From positions 130,427 to 194,426 of the forward strand of contig NZ_BAABRU010000004.1 in the NCBI RefSeq assembly GCF_039545135.1: DNA of 64,000 bases, in the 5' to 3' direction. Both the position numbers and the translations under genes were made by a program. This DNA comes from Herpetosiphon gulosus. GTDB lineage: Bacteria > Chloroflexota > Chloroflexia > Chloroflexales > Herpetosiphonaceae. The notes under the pieces were generated by a model, which worked only from the letters and a program-made list of their open reading frames with translations, was not told where the DNA came from and searched no databases. Positions 57,405-64,000 of the stretch are shown here, piece after piece (within the stretch, counting starts at the first letter, position 1; every line of letters starts with the position of its first letter).

Positions 57405-58988
57405 TTAGCGTGTATGTGCCTCGATGTTGACCAACGAATGCAAGCGATTTGCAATCGCGGTGAGTTTGGATGCGGCATCGGCAGTTTGGCGCGAACCAGC
57501 CGCCGTTTGACGTGAGACTTCGGCAATTTCACGCATGGTTTCAACAACTTGCTCCGATGCAGTTTGTTGTTGAGCGGTTGCTAGGCTAATTTCTTGGGCT
57601 AATTGGGCGGTATGTTCGCCCAAAACCACGATTGAATCCATCTCTTGACCAGCGCGATGGGCCAAACTGACCCCTTGTTCGACTTCTTTAACGCTCTCTT
57701 CGGTGGCTAGCACTGAGGCATTAGTTGCAGCCTGAATTTCGGCAATCACATCTTTGACTTCACGTGAAGCGGCCAATGTACGATTAGCCAAACTCTTGAC
57801 TTCGGCGGCAACCACCGCAAATCGCCGACCATGCTCGCCAGCCCCAGCCGCTTCGATCGCCGCATTCAAGGCCAACAAGTGCGTTTCATCGGAAACATCA
57901 TCGATCAAAGCAATAATTTCGCTGATATGATGCGAACGTTCGCCCAAACTCAAAACCCGCGAAGAAACCTCTTGCACCCGTTGCTTGATTCGCTCCATAC
58001 CTTGAATTGCTTCATCAACCGATTGCTGGCCCATCGCCAACGAGGTCAAGGTTTGTTGAGCAGCAATGCTGACTTGATCTGAGGCACTGGCGATTTGTCG
58101 CGCGGTAAAGCCCAATTCTTCAATGGTTGATGAAACTTCTGCGACTGCTGAGGCCTGTTCCGTCGCCCCTGAAGCTTGTTGCTGCGAGGCTGCCGATAAT
58201 TCAGTGGCGGCAAATGACAGATCAGTGCCAAGCTCAATCTGCTGAATATTTTTCTCGATCAATTGTTCATTGGCCCGCATCAGGTCGGAAGTCCATTGCT
58301 CGCTCTTGAGTGAATATTCACCTAAAGCCCGGCTAAAAATGGTGGTCAGCACAATCGTCGTGGCCAAACCAACAAAAAACAGCACTGCTCCAACGCCATA
58401 CACCCCAGCATTATTAGCGGCAGTCAGGGTTGTTACCTGAAATGATGCAAGGCTATCTTTGAGTAGCAGCAACATCCCATAGGCCAAGGTAATCGAAACC
58501 CCATAGGCCACAATTTCACGCCAAGTTGCCACCAAGCCCACGATAAATAGCATCACCAGCAATAACGAGACGATCAGACTTTGATCAATGCCACCATAGC
58601 GCACGGCACAAGCCAAGGCTGCCAACGAAATCGTGCCAATTAAAACATAGGTCGCAATTTGATCTTGGCCTTGCCGAATCATGCGCAAACTGAGCAAGGC
58701 AATTAACCAAACCGCCCCCATCGAGACGAATAAAACCCCAAGGGCATTCCATAATTGCGGATTATTGCGCTCGTAAATCCACGCCACCAAGACCACTAAA
58801 AAAGGCACGACCAAGGCAGCCAAGGCGACAATCCGCATAATCACGCGGCGGCGATCAGTCAAATTCGTAAAATCGAGCGAGAAAAGCGAACCTAAATTCG
58901 CCATGAGCAGACTCCTTGGCACTGGTCTAGCGCTTGGCATGTACCAGCACAAACAGTTCAAGATCAAGCATGAGGCATGGACGGTCAT
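57405..58988 (-). CDS. Methyl-accepting chemotaxis protein with multi-TM N-terminal sensor
   Basis: Highly conserved MCP signalling hairpin (ALNAAIEAAGAGEHGRRFAVVAAEVKSLA) and methylation-site heptads. 6 or more TM helices at the N-terminus. Confidence 0.85.
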   Translation of the reverse strand: MTVHASCLILNCLCWYMPSARPVPRSLLMANLGSLFSLDFTNLTDRRRVIMRIVALAALVVPFLVVLVAWIYERNNPQLWNALGVLFVSMGAVWLIALLSLRMIRQGQDQIATYVLIGTISLAALACAVRYGGIDQSLIVSLLLVMLFIVGLVATWREIVAYGVSITLAYGMLLLLKDSLASFQVTTLTAANNAGVYGVGAVLFFVGLATTIVLTTIFSRALGEYSLKSEQWTSDLMRANEQLIEKNIQQIELGTDLSFAATELSAASQQQASGATEQASAVAEVSSTIEELGFTARQIASASDQVSIAAQQTLTSLAMGQQSVDEAIQGMERIKQRVQEVSSRVLSLGERSHHISEIIALIDDVSDETHLLALNAAIEAAGAGEHGRRFAVVAAEVKSLANRTLAASREVKDVIAEIQAATNASVLATEESVKEVEQGVSLAHRAGQEMDSIVVLGEHTAQLAQEISLATAQQQTASEQVVETMREIAEVSRQTAAGSRQTADAASKLTAIANRLHSLVNIEAHTR

Positions 58989-59346
58989 CGAGCATAATAA
59001 TGCCCAAAATGCTGGGGTCGAGCAAGCTATCGGAAACTAAACTTGGCAGTGGTTGCAGGCTCAAGGCTGTGCTAATTGGGTCGCCCAATTGATCGACTAC
59101 CACGCCCATGGCTGTTTGCCCAACCACAAATAAGGCTAAGCGATTGGCTTGTTGGCCAATTGGCTGCTGGAGCCACTGATTTAAGTCAATGACATCGATT
59201 GAATTGCTTTGCTGAATCACGCTGCTAATTGGTTGCCCAGTATTCGCAACATAATCCACACCAACCAAAGCAGTTTGGCGAATCAAGACCGTTTGATCGC
59301 CAACATTGACTGGATACAGATCGCTGACAACTGCCGGATTAACCAT
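58927..59346 (-). CDS. CheW-like coupling protein (divergent)
   Basis: The ORF is open to 59433, but the upstream part overlaps the cheW gene. A start near MVNPAVV is likely. The domain is about 140 aa with a weak CheW pattern (VLIRQTALVGVDYV...ALFVVGQTAMGVVVDQL). Confidence 0.5.
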   Translation of the reverse strand: MVNPAVVSDLYPVNVGDQTVLIRQTALVGVDYVANTGQPISSVIQQSNSIDVIDLNQWLQQPIGQQANRLALFVVGQTAMGVVVDQLGDPISTALSLQPLPSLVSDSLLDPSILGIIMLDDRPCLMLDLELFVLVHAKR

Positions 59347-59785
59347 TGATCGACCCAAGCAAGGCATTAAGATCAAGCCAAGTTGCAAAACCAAACGGCG
59401 TTGGCAGCAAGCCTCGGCTAGCAACTGTCCCACGATGGGGAGTTGGCTCGGCCAAACTCACATTCAGCATCAACATATCGATCACCTGATCAACCGCAAT
59501 TGCACAATCGATCTGTTCGTGAACGAGCAAAAAGCGACTGCGCCGGGTTGGGGTAATCGGCTTCATGCCTAAAACCACCCGCATATCAACCACCGTCAGC
59601 AAAACCCCGCGCTGATTGATAATGCCCATAATGGCTGTGGCAGTGCCTGGAATTCGGGTTGGATTGCGCCAACGTTCGATGCCACGCGCCTGCTCAACTG
59701 GCAAGGCAAACCGTTCTTGATCGAGGATAAAAACCACAAATTGCGCCAATTGATCCTCAACTTGGCTCACAACAGGCTCCCGCAT
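59339..59785 (-). CDS. cheW: Chemotaxis coupling protein CheW
   Basis: FVVFILDQERFALPVEQARGI...GIINQRGVLLTVVDMR is the classic CheW signature. Confidence 0.85.
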   Translation of the reverse strand: MREPVVSQVEDQLAQFVVFILDQERFALPVEQARGIERWRNPTRIPGTATAIMGIINQRGVLLTVVDMRVVLGMKPITPTRRSRFLLVHEQIDCAIAVDQVIDMLMLNVSLAEPTPHRGTVASRGLLPTPFGFATWLDLNALLGSING

Positions 59786-59929
59786 GATTCAATAATGGTT
59801 GTATGGCTCAATTGAGCAGCAACCAAGCATTGAATCATCACAAATGGCGCGTTCTAAAGCAGCAAATCGTAGCTTAGCATAGTCGCAAGGTAGCCCAACT
59901 GTCAAGCGTACTAAAGCAAGTAATTTATA

Positions 59930-60225
59930 AGGATGAGGGATGAGGGGTCAGGTTTCAGGGGCGAGGGCTAGAAGTTCATGCAGAGCCACTAAGAAGGAGG
60001 AATTATGAGGGATGAAAGCAACCATCAAAAATTGAGGATCACGCTATTCAACGCAGAGGCGCAGAGAAAAATGAGGGAACAGATGTCAGGGTCAGCAGAA
60101 ATTGGGACTTTGGGATAAGCAACCTTCGTGGCCTTCGTGCTCTTCGTGGATCAAAATAATCTTCGTGCCCTTCGTGGATCAAAACTATGAGCCTGATCCC
60201 CGATCCCTAACCCCTGATCCCTAAC
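59930..60225. repeat. Composite intergenic repeats (families B and C, inverted orientation relative to 44451)
   Basis: aggatgagggatgaggggtcaggtttcagggg, ttcaacgcagaggcgcagag, ccttcgtgctcttcgtggatcaa (reverse-complement of family C core) and ctgatccctaacccctgatccctaacacct. Confidence 0.7.
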
Positions 60226-60227
60226 AC

Positions 60228-60560
60228 CTATGCCCGATAGGCTTGCAATTGGTTGATTAAATTGCGGCCAGTAATGGGCTTGGCAAGGCTTAGGCGACCA
60301 GTGGTGCGGGGTTGGGGCAGGTCGGTCAGCAAAATATAATTCTGATGATCGCGGCAATTGAGCGTATTGCTGTGCTCGGTTGAAATTGCTTCATCAAGGA
60401 TGATAAATTCTGGTTGATATTGCTCGTTCAGTTGAGCAGCGAGGGTGCAGGAATCGGCTTCGTAGACTGTATAGCCTGCCCGGCGAAGATGATATTTCAT
60501 AAGCGTTCGGGTGATCCAATCGGGATCAACCAGCAAAACAGTCTTTAGCATACTTAACAT
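60228..60560 (-). CDS. Single-domain REC-like response regulator
   Basis: VLLVDPDWITRTLM and FIILDEAI (acceptor Asp) with a LAKPI Lys. 110 aa. Confidence 0.6.
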   Translation of the reverse strand: MLSMLKTVLLVDPDWITRTLMKYHLRRAGYTVYEADSCTLAAQLNEQYQPEFIILDEAISTEHSNTLNCRDHQNYILLTDLPQPRTTGRLSLAKPITGRNLINQLQAYRA

Positions 60561-60627
60561 CCTTATAGTGATGGATCATTTGGGCAACCATCACCACCAC
60601 TATAAGAATGTAAGTTTACGAGTAAGA

Positions 60628-61338
60628 TTACAAGCCGCGCCGTGGTTGCACGTCGAACACGTAACCCACGCCTCGCACGGTTTTTAAGTAGATTGGCTTG
60701 GATGGGTTGTCCTCAAGTTTGGTGCGCAACGAGCGAATTCGCACCCACAACGAGGATTGATCGCCCTCTTCGCCCAAACCCCAAGCCTTACGCAACAGGG
60801 TCGTGGTTGCCACCGCCACAGTTGGAGTTTGCAACAGCAAATACAACACCCGTAGCTCAATCGGCTCCAACGGAATCGCCTCGCCTTTGCGCAACAGAAT
60901 ATGTTGACCAAAATTGACTGAAAGATCTTCGTCAATTACGACCAACTCGCCCGGATGCAAGCCACCTTCATACGATTTAGTCAGCAGCTTGTTAACCCGC
61001 GCTCGCAATTCAGGGTAGCGGTAGGGCTTGGTCATATAATCATCGGCATGCTGTTCGAGGCCGCGCACGGTGGTAGCCTCATCGGAAATTGAGGTCAGCA
61101 TAATCACTGGAATTTCCACATAGCGCCGCAAACGGTCTGACAACTCAAAACCGGTCATGCCAGGCATCATCAAATCGAGAATCGCCAGATCAGGCCATGA
61201 ACTTTCAACCATCGTTAGCGCCGATTGGCCTGATTCTGCCGCCATCACCTCAAAACCATCGTTAAGCAAATTGCTCACGAGCGTGCGGCGAATAATCGTG
61301 TCATCATCAACTACAAGAATACGCCATCGTGCTGGCAT
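60628..61338 (-). CDS. OmpR-family response regulator
   Basis: REC (ILVVDDDTIIRRTL, LAILDLMMPGMTG) plus winged helix (VRGVGYVF). Confidence 0.88.
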   Translation of the reverse strand: MPARWRILVVDDDTIIRRTLVSNLLNDGFEVMAAESGQSALTMVESSWPDLAILDLMMPGMTGFELSDRLRRYVEIPVIMLTSISDEATTVRGLEQHADDYMTKPYRYPELRARVNKLLTKSYEGGLHPGELVVIDEDLSVNFGQHILLRKGEAIPLEPIELRVLYLLLQTPTVAVATTTLLRKAWGLGEEGDQSSLWVRIRSLRTKLEDNPSKPIYLKTVRGVGYVFDVQPRRGL

Positions 61339-61344
61339 CGGGTG

Positions 61345-62940
61345 TTACTCCTTCCAAGGTAGCTGCACGGTGACAGTCGTCCCCTTGCCTACTTGGCTAT
61401 CTACGCTAATTGTGCCGCCATGAGCACCAACTGCTAAATTACAAAAGGTCAAGCCCAACCCAGTGCCCCGTGATTGGGCTGTAGTACGGCCTTGATAAAA
61501 TTTATCGAAAATATGCGGAATATCTTCGGCAGCAATTCCCTGCCCCGTATCGCTCACGTTCAGGGTAATCAGTTGCTGCACTTGATCAATCGTGCCAACG
61601 ACGCGAATTGTACCACCTGGTCGCGTCCATTTGATGCCATTGCTCACCAAATTGGCCAATACCCGTACCATTTTATGCTCATCAAGCACCACCAATGGTT
61701 CAGCTGGTAGATCAAGTTCAAAGCTCAGTTGTTGCTCAACCGTGATCCCCAAGACTTGCTCACTCAACAATTCACCCAAACGTTGCAGGCTGGTGGTTTC
61801 TTGGCTAAGCATCAAGCGGCCTGCCTCAGCCTTATACACATCGAGCAAATCATCAATCAGGCGTTGTTGGGCAGCTCCGGCTCGAAAACCAAGCTCGACA
61901 AACAATTTGCCATCATCATCAAGTTGGGTGGTCATCAAGGCATCAAAGCAGCCAACCATGCCCGCCAACGGTGCGCGTAAGTCGTGGGTCAGCATCTGAA
62001 TAAAACCATCGCGGCTATCTTCAGCTTCGCGCAAACGGGTGTAAACCGCAGCGTTGGTTAAGGCGACGCTTAATTGATCAGTCAGGGCTTTGATCAAGGT
62101 TTCTAGCTCGGTGCGGAAGAAATTGCGCTGAGGATGCACCAAGATAAACACCCCAATGATCGTATTTTGGGCATAATTATGCAATGGCAAGGCCAGTGCC
62201 GAGCCAATTTCCTCACGATCATCATAAAAATGCTTCCAGCGGGGATCATTCTGGGCATCTTCGACAATTTGGACTTCGCCAGTACGCAAGGCATATGAAG
62301 CCAAGCCTTCACGCAACACCGCCTGAATCGCTTGCTCAGCCTCGGCAGGCGGCAAATGTGGCCGAAACAAGATCCGCCGCCAAACCCGATTTTGATCATC
62401 GAGCAGCAACACGCTACCACGGCTGGCTCCCAGCAGTTCATTGATCGCATTCAAGGCTTCGGGCAGCACTTGATCAATATCCAATGAGCGATGCAAGGTT
62501 TGCGAAACCCGATAGAGAAAGCGCAAACGTTCTTGTTCACGATGCAATGCCCGCCGTGTATGCTTCAGGCGCAGCAGCACCCGCATTCGAGCCAACAATT
62601 CATCACGATTAACGGGCTTGGTAACGTAATCATCAGCGCCCAAATCCAAACCAGTTACCGTGTCGGCGGTGGTTTGTTTGGCCGAAACAAAGATAATTGG
62701 AATAAATGGCAGATGATTGCGCTCACGAATTGCCTGAAGCGTTTGATAGCCATCCATCTCCGGCATCATCACGTCAAGCAAAATCAAATCGGGGACTTGT
62801 TGTTCGAGCATGGTCAAGGCTTCGAAGCCGCTACGAGCACAGGCAGTGGCATAACCAGCGCGTTCCAACATCCGCTGTAACACCATCACATTGGTGGTTT
62901 GATCATCCACAATCAAAATTAGTTCGGGTGTTGCTTGCAT
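61345..62940 (-). CDS. Hybrid sensor: N-terminal REC, GAF, HisKA, HATPase histidine kinase
   Basis: REC (ILIVDDQTTNVMVL, LILLDVMMPEMDG). A GAF-like middle region. H-box LTHDLRAPLAGM. N/G boxes (LVSNGIKWT, GTGLGLTFCNLAVGAHGG). Confidence 0.85.
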   Translation of the reverse strand: MQATPELILIVDDQTTNVMVLQRMLERAGYATACARSGFEALTMLEQQVPDLILLDVMMPEMDGYQTLQAIRERNHLPFIPIIFVSAKQTTADTVTGLDLGADDYVTKPVNRDELLARMRVLLRLKHTRRALHREQERLRFLYRVSQTLHRSLDIDQVLPEALNAINELLGASRGSVLLLDDQNRVWRRILFRPHLPPAEAEQAIQAVLREGLASYALRTGEVQIVEDAQNDPRWKHFYDDREEIGSALALPLHNYAQNTIIGVFILVHPQRNFFRTELETLIKALTDQLSVALTNAAVYTRLREAEDSRDGFIQMLTHDLRAPLAGMVGCFDALMTTQLDDDGKLFVELGFRAGAAQQRLIDDLLDVYKAEAGRLMLSQETTSLQRLGELLSEQVLGITVEQQLSFELDLPAEPLVVLDEHKMVRVLANLVSNGIKWTRPGGTIRVVGTIDQVQQLITLNVSDTGQGIAAEDIPHIFDKFYQGRTTAQSRGTGLGLTFCNLAVGAHGGTISVDSQVGKGTTVTVQLPWKE

Positions 62941-62963
62941 TCCTGTGCTCCATGCGCTGAAAA

Positions 62964-64000
62964 TTACGAAGCTGACGCTAGCTCAGAAAGTTCCATCCAG
63001 CGTTCGTAGCTTTGTTCTAAGCTTTGGCTGACCTGCTCAAGTTCATTGTGCAAACGGGTATAGGCTTGATAATCGCTGCCTGCATTATTCAATGCTTCAT
63101 TCAATTCGTTTTGGCGGGCTTCCAGTTTGGCGATGGTTTTTTCGAGTTCGCTCAATTCGCGTTGCTCTTTGAAGCCCAGTTTACGCGGTTTTTGCTCGCG
63201 CGGGCGCTCTTGAGTTGACGGTTTGGTTACAGCTTTGAGCGCGGCTTGTTCGCGTTCGTAGACTTCACGATAAGCCGAGTAGTCGCCTGGAAAGTGGCGT
63301 ACCTTGCCATCGCCCTCGAAAATCAGCAAATGATCAACCGTGTTATCGAGAAACGCCCGATCGTGCGAGACGATAATCACTGCACCATTAAATTGCTCAA
63401 TATATTCTTCCAAAATCGCAATCGTCTGCACATCAAGATCGTTGCTGGGTTCGTCGAGCAGCAGCACATTGGGGTTACGCATCAAGGTTCGCAATAAATA
63501 AAGGCGGCGGCGTTCGCCCCCCGACAAGCTGTGGATATAATCCCAATGCTGATTATTGGGGAATAAGAAGCGCTCAAGCATTTGGCTGGCGGTACGCAAA
63601 CCCTCGCCTGTTTGCACTAACTCAGCACCATCGCTGACATAATCAATCAAGCGTTGGTTGGGGTTGAGATCGCTGCTACTTTGATCGTAATAGGCCACAT
63701 GGATGGTTTCACCCACCACCAATTCGCCGCTATCAGGCTGCAAACGGCCTGCGATTAAATTGAGTAAGGTCGATTTGCCAACCCCGTTGGGACCGATAAT
63801 TCCCAAACGATCGTCGCGAGTAAGTTGATATTCAAAATTGTGCAGCAAGGTTTTGCCAGCAATTTGCTTATTTACCCCATGCATTTCGATCAGCTTTTTG
63901 CCAATCCGCCGTCCGCTCGATTCAAGCTCCAATGTGCCACGTTCTTGACGACGCTCTTGGTTGATCAAGGCATTGGCGCGATCAACGCGGGCTTGTTGTT
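62964..64000 (-). CDS. ABC-F family ATPase, C-terminal half (second NBD plus coiled-coil tail); gene continues beyond window end
   Basis: Walker A GPNGVGKST, signature LSGGERRRL, Walker B LLLDEPSNDLD, and a C-terminal charged coiled coil. The reading frame is open upstream through position 64000 (I translated ...QQARVDRANA before the TTG the track listed as the start). Confidence 0.8.
   Translation of the reverse strand, partial: QQARVDRANALINQERRQERGTLELESSGRRIGKKLIEMHGVNKQIAGKTLLHNFEYQLTRDDRLGIIGPNGVGKSTLLNLIAGRLQPDSGELVVGETIHVAYYDQSSSDLNPNQRLIDYVSDGAELVQTGEGLRTASQMLERFLFPNNQHWDYIHSLSGGERRRLYLLRTLMRNPNVLLLDEPSNDLDVQTIAILEEYIEQFNGAVIIVSHDRAFLDNTVDHLLIFEGDGKVRHFPGDYSAYREVYEREQAALKAVTKPSTQERPREQKPRKLGFKEQRELSELEKTIAKLEARQNELNEALNNAGSDYQAYTRLHNELEQVSQSLEQSYERWMELSELASAS

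Noticed and set aside
58927-59433. Full-length 168-aa ORF for the second CheW-like gene
   Set aside because: Its first roughly 30 codons overlap the 3' end of the upstream cheW in another frame. A shorter version starting near 59346 is more plausible, and I reported it with reduced confidence.

Overview
This 64-kb window is gene-dense (about 50% GC) and most likely comes from a Chloroflexi-type genome; a Herpetosiphon-like source is my inference from composition and the repeat families, not something I could verify. Coding content is mostly core metabolism interrupted by accessory loci.

Core genes, in order:
- 1-2317: a Type I restriction-modification pair. hsdM is complete; hsdS is translationally coupled to it and runs off the window start. 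The hsdS spacer region carries a 12-bp tandem repeat encoding TAEL x3.
- 2615-3830: tatC and a tatA/B gene.
- 4232-13859: a minus-strand fatty-acid-synthesis and housekeeping block. It runs acpP, nusB, asp23, accC, then three tandem FabG-like short-chain dehydrogenase (SDR) paralogs, fabD, fabH, rpmF, yceD, coaD and rsmD.
- 16061-18004: PadR, a DUF1700-like membrane protein and a diiron acyl-ACP-desaturase-like protein.
- 18100-29417: an anti-sigma-factor-antagonist (STAS) gene, an OmpR/histidine-kinase two-component pair, a MoxR-DUF58-DUF4129 triad, glpK, a GGDEF cyclase and an MFS transporter.

Accessory region following a tRNA-Ser(GGA) at 31269-31359:
- DUF3224, NUDIX and DJ-1/PfpI genes.
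- Three tandem, highly similar roughly 455-aa FAD-monooxygenase paralogs.
- A lodB-lodA pair: LodA is a cysteine-tryptophylquinone (CTQ) amino-acid oxidase that generates H2O2, and LodB is its flavoprotein maturase.
- A small catalase-related haem protein, a standalone caspase-like (C14) protein and uridine kinase.
- An orphan SUKH/SMI1-KNR4 immunity-type protein flanked by about 125-bp perfect direct repeats.
- GT2 and GT4 glycosyltransferases and a secreted Kelch propeller protein with a repetitive Thr/Pro linker.

Distal third (49-64 kb):
- A complete chemosensory cluster: cheW x2, a methyl-accepting chemotaxis protein (MCP), hybrid cheA, cheY, cheB and a cheR-TPR fusion.
- These are fused in one gene string to partner-switching components: a PP2C phosphatase, a TPR protein and an RsbW-like anti-sigma kinase.
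- A REC-GAF-histidine-kinase with OmpR-type regulator set, and a partial ABC-F ATPase at the window end.

Repeats: at least three families of dispersed intergenic repeats recur through the window, plus heptamer microsatellites.

The most interesting candidate is the lodAB-centred island (positions about 33300-45300). The second is the chemosensory system wired to a partner-switching output.
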